Assembly (NCBI GenBank): GCA_001785445.1
Contig: MFTV01000016.1
Span: 159,859-223,858 of the forward strand
Direction: 5' to 3'
DNA from: Candidatus Nomurabacteria bacterium RIFCSPHIGHO2_02_40_30
GTDB lineage: Bacteria; Patescibacteriota; Minisyncoccia; Phycocordibacterales; UBA9973
DNA: 64,000 nucleotides
The notes beneath the pieces are model-generated. The model worked only from the letters and a program-made list of their open reading frames with translations. It was not told the DNA's origin and ran no database searches. Positions within the stretch are counted from its first letter, which is position 1, and each line of letters starts with the position of its first letter. Positions 41,173 to 50,020 of the stretch are shown piece by piece. The position numbers and the translations under genes were made by a program.

Positions 41173-41205
41173 CAAAAAATCCCCCAATTGGGGGATTTTT
41201 TGCTA
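41170..41205. terminator. Perfect 36-bp palindrome, probable terminator
   Basis: tagcaaaaaatcccccaattgggggattttttgcta. Confidence 0.75.
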
Positions 41206-41216
41206 TACTTAAGTGA

Positions 41217-42977
41217 ATGCAAATAAATGAAGCACAGTTTAAAAAGTTTGTTTTAGAGTCCGGTCTAGTAACGCGCTCTGATTTTGAGCTCGGAGTGAAA
41301 GAAGCGGAGGCAAAAAAGCAGAAAATCGGAGACGTTCTCTTATCTTCAGGCAAGATATCGGAAACTGATCTAAAACGCATGGAGGCTTTTGTTCTAGGAA
41401 TACCGTTTATCAGTTTAACTAGTCAGAAAATTGACTTTTCCGTATTATCTCTCATTCCTGAACCCATAGCGCATAACTACAACATTGTTGCCTACAAGAA
41501 AAATGAAGATAGTCTGGAGGTGGCCATGCTGGATGTCGATGACCTACCAGTCATTGATTTTATTAAAAAGCGTTCTGGGCTTAAAATTCTTCCTCGCCTT
41601 ACCGACACAGTCTCAATCAAGGCCGTACTTGTACAGTACAGGAAAAGTCTAAAGGCCGAATTTCAAAATATTATACAAAAAGAGTCTACAACACTCGGGG
41701 AAAATTCTTCTCCAGATGCCGAAAAAATGCCCGAGAAATCCGAGTCGGAGTTAAAGCAAATGGCGGAAGATTTACCGGTAGTAAAAATTGTCGACTCCTT
41801 GATTTTCCATGCAATTTTGCAAAATGCATCTGACATTCATATTGAGCCGGGGGAAAAGGAGCTCACAGTACGCTACAGGATAGACGGCATACTGCATGAT
41901 GCTATGGTGCTCGACAAAGCTGCTGGGGCTGGCATAACTGCCCGCATTAAAGTGTTGGCTAATTTAAAACTGGATGAAAAAAGATTACCGCAAGACGGCA
42001 GATTCAAGAAAGAACAAGATGGAGAGAAAATTTCTTTTCGTGTTTCCACCTTGCCTACTTTTTTCGGAGAAAAAACCGTGATGAGAATTTTAAAAGAAAA
42101 TAATCATGGGTTTTCGCTGGAAGCTCTTGGTTTCCATGGCGAAGGACTGGAGCGAATTCATGCTTCTCTAACTCAAAAGACGGGAATGGTGCTGGCCACT
42201 GGCCCTACTGGTAGCGGTAAGACCACCACACTCTATACCATGCTTGATATCTTAAACAAACCGGAGGTAAATATTTCAACCGTGGAAGACCCGATTGAAT
42301 ATCAAATGCCGAGAGTGAATCAAACCCAAGTAAAGCCAGAAATAGGGCTGACCTTCGCGAACGGATTGCGGTCACTTCTGCGCCAAGATCCGGACATAAT
42401 AATGGTGGGGGAGATACGAGATGGCGAGACAGCTGGGCTTGCTGTCAATGCTTCGCTTACAGGCCACTTAGTGCTTTCTACGATTCATACCAACTCCGCC
42501 GCCGGCGCCATTCCTCGATTAGTAGACATGGGAGTTGAGCCATTTTTAATCACAGCGACGGTAAAAACAATTATCGCCCAAAGATTAGTCCGTAGGTTGA
42601 CTCCCAGTAAAGAAAAATATTTCTTATCCCCGGCCGAGATAAAAAATCTTGCCAAAGTTGTTGAGCTGGAAAGAGTTTTGGGATTTTTAAAAACTGAAAA
42701 TATTATAGGCCCGAATGATACTTGGGACAAAATTCCTTTCTATAAACCGATTAAAACTAGTGAATTTGAAGATGGATATTCCAGCCGTACGGGCATGCAT
42801 GAAGTTTTAAAAGTTAGTCCTACCATTAAAGATATGATTATAGCTGGCAAGTCTCAAGATGACATAGAAATACAGGCTAAAAAAGAAGGTATGATGACCA
42901 TGCTCGAAGACGGAGTTTTCCAAGCAGTTTTAGGTGTAACTACTTTGGAGGAAGTATTTAGAGTTGTTTCCGAATAA
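41217..42977 (+). CDS. pilB: Type IV pilus assembly ATPase (PilB/GspE)
   Basis: ASDIHIEP, RLPQDGR, GPTGSGKTT, EDPIEY, RQDPDIIMVGEIRD, TGHLVLSTIH. Confidence 0.93.
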   Translation: MQINEAQFKKFVLESGLVTRSDFELGVKEAEAKKQKIGDVLLSSGKISETDLKRMEAFVLGIPFISLTSQKIDFSVLSLIPEPIAHNYNIVAYKKNEDSLEVAMLDVDDLPVIDFIKKRSGLKILPRLTDTVSIKAVLVQYRKSLKAEFQNIIQKESTTLGENSSPDAEKMPEKSESELKQMAEDLPVVKIVDSLIFHAILQNASDIHIEPGEKELTVRYRIDGILHDAMVLDKAAGAGITARIKVLANLKLDEKRLPQDGRFKKEQDGEKISFRVSTLPTFFGEKTVMRILKENNHGFSLEALGFHGEGLERIHASLTQKTGMVLATGPTGSGKTTTLYTMLDILNKPEVNISTVEDPIEYQMPRVNQTQVKPEIGLTFANGLRSLLRQDPDIIMVGEIRDGETAGLAVNASLTGHLVLSTIHTNSAAGAIPRLVDMGVEPFLITATVKTIIAQRLVRRLTPSKEKYFLSPAEIKNLAKVVELERVLGFLKTENIIGPNDTWDKIPFYKPIKTSEFEDGYSSRTGMHEVLKVSPTIKDMIIAGKSQDDIEIQAKKEGMMTMLEDGVFQAVLGVTTLEEVFRVVSE

Positions 42978-42984
42978 ATACCTG

Positions 42985-43053
42985 TCCCGTACTAAATTAA
43001 TGATTAAAAACAATGACCACTATTATTAACAATTTAAAATTTTAGTACTGGGA
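42985..43053. repeat. Palindromic mini-element (family C-like) before pilC
   Basis: tcccgtactaaatt...aattttagtactggga, AT-rich interior; last base is the A of the ATG. Confidence 0.7.
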
Positions 43054-44270
43054 TGTTTTTCTCATACAAGGCAAAATCAAAGGCAGGGGATATAACAGAG
43101 GGAGTTTTGGAGGCGGCAGGTCGTCTGGCACTCGCGCGCGACCTGCGCGCGCGCGGTCTGATACCTTTGTCTGTTACCGAAGAAAACGTAAATTTTCTCA
43201 GCAAACTGTCGGCGCTCACAAATGTTTTTTCTAGAATCAGCGTTAACGAACAGATTGTTTTCACAAAAAATTTAAGTGGGATGCTGAAAGCTGGGCTTTC
43301 ACTTTTTCGGGCTTTATCAGTTTTAAAAAAACAGACAAAAAACGCTAAGATGGACAAGGTTCTGACTTCTCTATCCAATGACATAAATTCTGGAGAAACA
43401 TTATCTTCCGGACTTTTAAAATTCCCTGACATTTTTTCAAAACTTTTTGTATCCATGACCAAGGCTGGCGAGGAGTCCGGTAATTTAGATGGGGCGCTTT
43501 CCGATATCGGAATTAATTTGGAAAAATCGCATTCATTAACCAGAAAGATCAGAGGGGCGCTAATTTATCCCGGAGTGATTCTCTCCGCCATGGTGGTTAT
43601 CGGTGTTTTAATGTTTGCTTTCGTGGTGCCGACTCTCGCCAGCACCTTTAAAGAACTCGGTGTTGTTTTGCCCACTTCCACTCGTGTCCTTATTTTTCTA
43701 GGTAACTTTTTCTCCAACCACTTGATTCTAACCTTCATAATGATAATTGGCACAGCCTTGCTTTTGTATTTTCTTTTTATTTCTAAGTTTATGGCGAAAT
43801 ACATTGATTACACCGTTATTAGAATTCCAATTATCGGGAATTTAGCAAGGTCACTAAATACCGCCCGCACCGCCCGCACCATGTATTCTTTGCTGCTGGC
43901 GGGGGTTTCCATCACTCGGGCAGTAGAAATTACGCAAGACGTAGTGCAAAATATTTACTACAAGCAAGTTTTAAGTGAAGCTAAATTGGCAGTCGAAAAA
44001 GGAGCCCCATTTTCTCAAGCTTTTGAAAATAGTCAAAATCTTTATCCGGTAATGATGTCGGAGATGATCCAAGTCGGAGAAGAAACTGGAAAATTATCAG
44101 ATATGTTATTGCAAGTCGCTTTGTTTTATGAAGAGGAAATTGAAAATAAAACAAAGAACCTTTCGACGATCATCGAGCCAGTGCTCATGGTTGTCATTGG
44201 CGCTGGGGTCGGATTTTTCGCCATTTCCATGGTCTCGCCGCTATATTCAATTTTAGGCAGTATAAATTAA
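43053..44270 (+). CDS. pilC: Type IV pilus platform protein (PilC/GspF)
   Basis: AGEESGNL, GALIYP, VGEETGKL, IIEP. Confidence 0.92.
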   Translation: MFFSYKAKSKAGDITEGVLEAAGRLALARDLRARGLIPLSVTEENVNFLSKLSALTNVFSRISVNEQIVFTKNLSGMLKAGLSLFRALSVLKKQTKNAKMDKVLTSLSNDINSGETLSSGLLKFPDIFSKLFVSMTKAGEESGNLDGALSDIGINLEKSHSLTRKIRGALIYPGVILSAMVVIGVLMFAFVVPTLASTFKELGVVLPTSTRVLIFLGNFFSNHLILTFIMIIGTALLLYFLFISKFMAKYIDYTVIRIPIIGNLARSLNTARTARTMYSLLLAGVSITRAVEITQDVVQNIYYKQVLSEAKLAVEKGAPFSQAFENSQNLYPVMMSEMIQVGEETGKLSDMLLQVALFYEEEIENKTKNLSTIIEPVLMVVIGAGVGFFAISMVSPLYSILGSIN

Positions 44271-44732
44271 ATGATGAAAAACTTTTATCAAAAGGGGATA
44301 ACAATTATTGAACTACTGATAGTCATAGTCGTTATCGGCATAATGGCTTTAATTGTACTGCCGCAATTTTCATATATTAAAGAAAATCAAGTATTAAAAA
44401 ATGGAGTCAGTGACATTTTGTCATCCATAGATAAAGCTCGCGGACAAACTCTTTCCTCCCTCAATTCTTCAGAGTATGGAGTGCACTTCGAGTCCGATAA
44501 AGTTATAATATTTAAAGGCACAGTCTTTTCTGCTATTGCTCCGGACAATGAAAATATTGACCTTACTTCGCCGGCAACGATATCCGCCATTACACTTGGG
44601 GGAGGAGGCTCAGATATTTACTTCAATCGTCTTTCTGGAAGTCCTAGCGTTACTGGCACAGTAACTCTTTCTACTACAAATTATTCCAAAATTATTACGA
44701 TTTCAGCCACTGGGGTTGGGAGCTCAAACTAA
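44271..44732 (+). CDS. Type IV pilin-like protein
   Basis: Prepilin motif KG|ITIIELLIV. Confidence 0.85.
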   Translation: MMKNFYQKGITIIELLIVIVVIGIMALIVLPQFSYIKENQVLKNGVSDILSSIDKARGQTLSSLNSSEYGVHFESDKVIIFKGTVFSAIAPDNENIDLTSPATISAITLGGGGSDIYFNRLSGSPSVTGTVTLSTTNYSKIITISATGVGSSN

Positions 44733-45254
44733 ATGCTAAATTTTTTTAAAAAAAATAAAGCCTGCCCGCAATGCTTACAGCATAGCTGTTGCAGGCGGGG
44801 TTTCATGGTAATTGAGATACTTATCGTTGCATCTATTATTACTGTCTCGATTTTAGCAGCCATGGCAGTATCTCAAAAATCTATTTATGTCATGAGGCAA
44901 GCCTTTCACGCCACCCAAGCTGGCTTTTTGTTAGAAGAAGGAGCTGAAGCTGTCCGGATACTTCGCGATAATGCTTGGAGTAACATCTCTTCTCTCACCG
45001 CAGGGACAAATTACTATACCACTTTTTCAGGCGGGACTTGGACATTATCAGCCACAGCGAATACTGTGGGAATTTTTACCCGCACTGTGACTGTTGCAAG
45101 TGTCAGTAGAGATAATGTTACAAAAGACATAGTCACAAGTGGTGGGACGGATGACACAGGAACAAAATTAGTAACTGTAACTGTATTTTGGTCTGAAGCC
45201 GGCACAACTGTAACCAAGACTTTGAAATTTTATATAATAAATATTTTTTCTTAA
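44733..45254 (+). CDS. Minor pilin with a palindrome-derived insert in its leader
   Basis: RG|FMVIEIL; leader contains ACPQCLQHSCCRR. Confidence 0.83.
   Translation: MLNFFKKNKACPQCLQHSCCRRGFMVIEILIVASIITVSILAAMAVSQKSIYVMRQAFHATQAGFLLEEGAEAVRILRDNAWSNISSLTAGTNYYTTFSGGTWTLSATANTVGIFTRTVTVASVSRDNVTKDIVTSGGTDDTGTKLVTVTVFWSEAGTTVTKTLKFYIINIFS
44761..44799. repeat. GC-rich palindrome in frame in the pilin leader
   Basis: cctgcccgcaa...ttgcaggcggg. Confidence 0.6.
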
Positions 45255-45260
45255 AAATAA

Positions 45261-45770
45261 ATGAAAATTACTAAATTAAAAATTAAAAATTATAAAAAAG
45301 GTTATGCGATTCTGGAACTTCTTTTTTATATTGCTTTTTTTGCGATTCTTTCTTTAGTAGTTATTAACGCCATGATTGTCATGACTCGGTCTTTCAGAGA
45401 AACTTCCATTCAGGGCGAATTAATACAAAGCGGAGTTATTATGGAGCGTATCTCTAGGGAAGTAAGACAGGCTTACAACATTAGCTCAATTAGCGCCACT
45501 GATTTAAACCTTGATTCTACAGACAATGGTGGGGCAAATAAAACTGTAGAGTTCTTGCTTTCTGGTACAGATATACAGCTTTTAGAAAATGGAGTTCTTA
45601 CCGGAAATTTGAATACTCTCAATATCACAGTTACTGCTCTAACTTTTACCCAAATAACTACCACTAAAGGCAAGGCCGTGAAAATAGCTTTCACTGTCAG
45701 GTCGAGCAACGACAAATTAAATCGCACCCAAGATTTCTACGACACCATTGTGCTTAGGGGTATATATTGA
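45261..45770 (+). CDS. Minor pilin
   Basis: KG|YAILELLFY. Confidence 0.83.
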   Translation: MKITKLKIKNYKKGYAILELLFYIAFFAILSLVVINAMIVMTRSFRETSIQGELIQSGVIMERISREVRQAYNISSISATDLNLDSTDNGGANKTVEFLLSGTDIQLLENGVLTGNLNTLNITVTALTFTQITTTKGKAVKIAFTVRSSNDKLNRTQDFYDTIVLRGIY

Positions 45771-45772
45771 CC

Positions 45773-47521
45773 ATGAGAAAATATTTTAAAAAAATAAAAA
45801 GAAATCGAGGGGCGGCCATGCTCATATCTGTTATCTTTTTTACGTTTATTTCTTTGGCGATAATTTCCGGACTTGTGGCGCCGGCAGTGCGTGAATTTAG
45901 AAATGCCAGTGTATATTTAAATTCTAAAAAATCATATTTCTTGGCCGAGTCCGGCAGTGAAGATGCGTTATACAGGATACTAAATAATATGGCAATAGGA
46001 GCTAGTGAAACAATTACTCTAGATTCCAACGATGCCACGACAGACATTACAGATATTAGTGGAAATACAAAACAAATTACATCGCTGGGGGATGTTTCAA
46101 ATTACCAAAGAAAAACCAGCCTGACATTATCCACTAACAACGGTGTTTCTTTTAATTACGGCATGCAAATTGGCAATGGCGGCTTAGTTATGTCTAATAG
46201 CGCCACAATCAACGGCAATGTGTACGTCAATGGCGACATTACCGGCTCTAATAGCGCCACAATCACTGGGACTGCTATGGCCGCTGACCGTACTGCGGAA
46301 ATTATTGACCAAGTTAATGACACTGGTACGCCGACAGACACAATTTTATTTGGCAATGCTACTAGTACCCAAGACGGCGCGCAAAGCTTTACCGTTGCTA
46401 GCTCTGATGTTATTACCCAAATTTCTTTGTATATCAAAAAAGTCGGCTCGCCAAGCAACGCTACCGTTCGAATTACTGCGGATTCAAGCGGAAAGCCTGC
46501 AACCAGTTCTCTTGCCACAGGAACGCTTTCAGCTTCGAGTGTGACGGGTTCTTACGGATGGGTAAATATTGCTTTATCACCAAACGTTACTCTTTCTACA
46601 AGCACAACTTACTGGCTGGTCATAGATGCCGGTGTTAATGCGTCAAATTATTATATTTGGGGAGCAAACAACGCGCAATATGCGGGTGGTTTGGGCAAGT
46701 TGGGGCAATATGGGACTACAACGTGGAATAATACTAGTCCTTCAGGGCTGGACGCTTTTTTCAAAGCTTATCTTGGAGGCGTAAACTCTACTATCAGCGG
46801 GATGACTATCGGTCAGTCTGGGGTTGGCAATGCTTCGGCACATATTGTGAATGATTCAACTATCGCTGGCAGTCTTTATTGTCAGACTGGCAGTGGGAAC
46901 AATAAAAGTTGTGATACTTCACAAACGGATCCAGCGCCTCTTAATTTCCCCATTTCTGACTCACAAGTACAATCGTGGAAAGATGATGCAGTTGCTGGCG
47001 GAACCCAGAGCGGAGATATAAATTTATCAGATAGCGAGACGCTTACTATTGGTCCTAAAAAAGTAGTTGGTAATTTATATGTGAGCAATAGCGGAATTTT
47101 AACAATCTCGGGTACGCTCTGGGTCACTGGCAATATTGTTTTATCAAACAGCGCCCAAGTTAAACTTTCTGGTTCTTATGGGTCGGGCAGTGGCATGATT
47201 ATTTCTGATGGTACAGTTTCTACTTCTAATTCCGCCACTTTTAGCGGTTCTGGAGTTTCTGGCAGTTATATGATGATGCTCACTACTTCCACATCGTCCT
47301 CGGCAATAAATGTCGCTAATAGCGCAGGCACAGTTATACTTGTTGCTCCGTATGGAACGATTTCATTTTCCAACACTGCCGGCGCCAAAGAAGCCATAGC
47401 TAAGACGATAAGCATGTCCAACAGCGCGACATTAACTTATGAGTCCGGCTTAATGAATGTGAATTTTGTGAGCGGTCCTTCTGGGAGCTGGGAAGTGCAA
47501 ACTTGGAAAGAAGACCAATAA
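45773..47521 (+). CDS. PilX-like minor pilin with a large beta-rich C-terminal domain
   Basis: RG|AAMLIS; SYFLAESGSEDA; SNSA repeats. Confidence 0.8.
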   Translation: MRKYFKKIKRNRGAAMLISVIFFTFISLAIISGLVAPAVREFRNASVYLNSKKSYFLAESGSEDALYRILNNMAIGASETITLDSNDATTDITDISGNTKQITSLGDVSNYQRKTSLTLSTNNGVSFNYGMQIGNGGLVMSNSATINGNVYVNGDITGSNSATITGTAMAADRTAEIIDQVNDTGTPTDTILFGNATSTQDGAQSFTVASSDVITQISLYIKKVGSPSNATVRITADSSGKPATSSLATGTLSASSVTGSYGWVNIALSPNVTLSTSTTYWLVIDAGVNASNYYIWGANNAQYAGGLGKLGQYGTTTWNNTSPSGLDAFFKAYLGGVNSTISGMTIGQSGVGNASAHIVNDSTIAGSLYCQTGSGNNKSCDTSQTDPAPLNFPISDSQVQSWKDDAVAGGTQSGDINLSDSETLTIGPKKVVGNLYVSNSGILTISGTLWVTGNIVLSNSAQVKLSGSYGSGSGMIISDGTVSTSNSATFSGSGVSGSYMMMLTTSTSSSAINVANSAGTVILVAPYGTISFSNTAGAKEAIAKTISMSNSATLTYESGLMNVNFVSGPSGSWEVQTWKEDQ

Positions 47522-47551
47522 AGTCTTTAAATATATGCTATAATTTCGGCT

Positions 47552-48307
47552 ATGAAGAAAATTATTATTGGCAATTGGAAAATGAATCCGCTTACACTAA
47601 AAGATGCGGGAAAATTGTTTTCCAGTGTTACTAAGGGGATATACGGTATCAAAAAAACAGATGTAGTTATTTGCCCGCCAGTTTTATATATTGAAAGACT
47701 GAAAAAACTGTCTAAAAAAATATCCCTAGGCGCGCAAGATGCCTTTTGGGGGGAAGTTGGTCCTTTTACTGGGCAAATTTCCGCCCATATGCTTTATAAT
47801 GCAGGTATACGGTATGTTATTTTGGGGCATTCAGAAAGACGGGAACTGGGCGAAACAAGTGAAGTGGTCAATAAAAAAGTTAAAGAATCTCTCTCTGCTG
47901 GGCTTCGGCCGATACTCTGTATTGGGGAAAGTATCCGAGATGAAAGTCACGGATACTTTAACTTGGTTAAAAATCAACTAGAGGAATGCTTAAATGGGGT
48001 CTCTAAAAATTCTATTTCTAAAGTTATTGTTATGTATGAGCCAGTGTGGGCTATATCAAGTACTGCTAATCGCAGAGATGCCACTTCAGGGGACTGCCGC
48101 GAGATGGCTATTTTTATCCGCAAAATTCTTTCAGATAAATTTGGCGGGGAAGTTGCCAATGTGAGAATTATTTACGGCGGTTCCGTGAGTGGAAAAAATG
48201 CGGAAGATTTTTTAAAGAATGGCGGCGTGGATGGGTTGCTACCCGGTCGTGCGAGCTTGGATGCCAAAAAGTTTGTGGAAATTATCAAGATAGCAGAGAA
48301 AATATGA
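47552..48307 (+). CDS. tpiA: Triosephosphate isomerase
   Basis: IGNWKMN, GHSERR, YEPVWAI, IYGGSV. Confidence 0.96.
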   Translation: MKKIIIGNWKMNPLTLKDAGKLFSSVTKGIYGIKKTDVVICPPVLYIERLKKLSKKISLGAQDAFWGEVGPFTGQISAHMLYNAGIRYVILGHSERRELGETSEVVNKKVKESLSAGLRPILCIGESIRDESHGYFNLVKNQLEECLNGVSKNSISKVIVMYEPVWAISSTANRRDATSGDCREMAIFIRKILSDKFGGEVANVRIIYGGSVSGKNAEDFLKNGGVDGLLPGRASLDAKKFVEIIKIAEKI

Positions 48308-49512
48308 GGCTAAAAAGTTTAGAGAGTGTAAACTTGCAAGGCAAAACTATTCTTTATCGCGTGCCCTACGATATTGAGCTCGTGGAAATAAATGGCTCTC
48401 TAGGGCTCGCAGATGACATGCGCATAAAGGCAACGCTCTCAACTTTGCAGTATCTTTTAAAAGAAAATTGTAAGATTGTCATTTTGACTTATGTGGGGCG
48501 TCCTGATGGGAAAGTAGTGGAGAAACTTCGCACCACGCCTCATGCCAAAAGACTAAGCGAGCTTTTGGGTTGCAAGGTTGGTAAAGTGGATGACTGCATT
48601 GGAGAAGAGGTAGAAAGGAGAATTATAGCAATGCAGGCTGGAGATATTTTGATGCTGGAGAACGTAAGATTTTATAAAGAAGAGACTGATGATGATGATG
48701 AATTCGCCAAAAAACTCTGCATAGGCAAGGATTATATAGTGTTTGACGGTTTTCCTCAGGCGCACAGAATTCATGCATCTACCACTGGCATAGAACGGCA
48801 TTTACCGGCTGTTGCAGGTCTCTATCTTGAAAGTGAAGTTAAAATGCTGTCTAAATTACTGGAGAGTCCGGAACGCCCCTTCACTGTAATTATCGGTGGG
48901 GCAAAAATTTCTGATAAAGTGGATGCAGTAAATAATTTATTAAAAATAGCCGATAAAGTTTTAGTCGGCGGAGCTGTCGCCAATGTTTTCCTTAAAGCAC
49001 AAGGTCACGAACTTGGGTCTTCTTTCGTTGAGGATGTTTTTGTCGATGAAAAAAAGCGTGAGAAAAAAGACTGGGTCGTATATGCCAAAGAAATATTGGA
49101 AACATATAAAGATAAAATTATTTGTCCGACTGATTTGGTAATATCTGATGGTGTATCAACCAAGGTTATCAATATCACTTTTGATAAAGTGCCGGAGAAT
49201 TGGGCGGCGCTTGATATTGGTCCTGAAACACAAAAAATGTTTTCAGATATTATAGAAAAATCCAAAACAGTTTTTCTGGCCGGTCCCATGGGCAAGTTTG
49301 AAGACAAAAATTTTACACAAGGGTCAGAAGCAATACTTACTGCTATGAAAAAGGTAAATGGAGAGACCATTATTGCCGGTGGAGATACCATTGCCATGAC
49401 GCGCCAGTACGGAAATCTGGAAGATTATTCGCACGTGAGCCTTGCCGCTGGCGCAACTTTGGAATTTTTAGCCGGTAAAACTCTCCCGGCTCTCATGCCA
49501 CTTATGCGATAG
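48304..49512 (+). CDS. pgk: Phosphoglycerate kinase
   Basis: LENVRF, IGGAKISDK, DIGPET, GPMG, GGDT. Confidence 0.93.
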   Translation: MRLKSLESVNLQGKTILYRVPYDIELVEINGSLGLADDMRIKATLSTLQYLLKENCKIVILTYVGRPDGKVVEKLRTTPHAKRLSELLGCKVGKVDDCIGEEVERRIIAMQAGDILMLENVRFYKEETDDDDEFAKKLCIGKDYIVFDGFPQAHRIHASTTGIERHLPAVAGLYLESEVKMLSKLLESPERPFTVIIGGAKISDKVDAVNNLLKIADKVLVGGAVANVFLKAQGHELGSSFVEDVFVDEKKREKKDWVVYAKEILETYKDKIICPTDLVISDGVSTKVINITFDKVPENWAALDIGPETQKMFSDIIEKSKTVFLAGPMGKFEDKNFTQGSEAILTAMKKVNGETIIAGGDTIAMTRQYGNLEDYSHVSLAAGATLEFLAGKTLPALMPLMR

Positions 49513-49897
49513 CAGAAATAATTTTTTTTATTACCTCGTCTACTTCTCCTTTTTCATATTTTTTGGTGGCAAATTTAGGCAGACCGTCGCTGAAATATCT
49601 TGGAATCAAATGTATATGGAAATGCGGTACGTCTGTCCCTCCCACGGAGACTTGCACATAGTCGCATGATAATCCATTTTTTATGGAGAGCATTAATTTT
49701 TTAACTAATTTAAAAATCTCCGACACGGTTTCATCATCGGCTTCCTGCATCCAGACGAAATGCTTTTTAGGTATGACGAGGATATGGCCGCTGGAGACCG
49801 GCTCTATATCTAAAAAGGCGAAGAAACTATCATTTTCATAAATCTTGTCGCAAGGAATTTCTTTGTTTATAATTTTGCAAAAAATACAATCATTCAT
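49502..49897 (-). CDS. HIT-family nucleotide hydrolase
   Basis: MNDCIFCKII, GHILVIPKKH, VPHFHIHLIPR. Confidence 0.92.
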   Translation of the reverse strand: MNDCIFCKIINKEIPCDKIYENDSFFAFLDIEPVSSGHILVIPKKHFVWMQEADDETVSEIFKLVKKLMLSIKNGLSCDYVQVSVGGTDVPHFHIHLIPRYFSDGLPKFATKKYEKGEVDEVIKKIISAIA

Positions 49898-49998
49898 AGA
49901 AAGTTTCACAAAATCAAAGTTTTTTCAGGTCCTCGGTTTCCTGGGGCCCCGCGCCCCAGCCAGACCATTCAAAAACTTTATTTTGCAAAACTTTCTAT
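49896..49998 (-). repeat. Palindromic mini-element (family B) between HIT and recJ
   Basis: Outer stem atagaaagttt.../...aaactttctat; minus-strand core gaatggtctggc...ggaaaccgaggacctga, as in rsmA. Confidence 0.88.
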
Positions 49999-50020
49999 AT
50001 TATATGCTAAAATTCCACTT

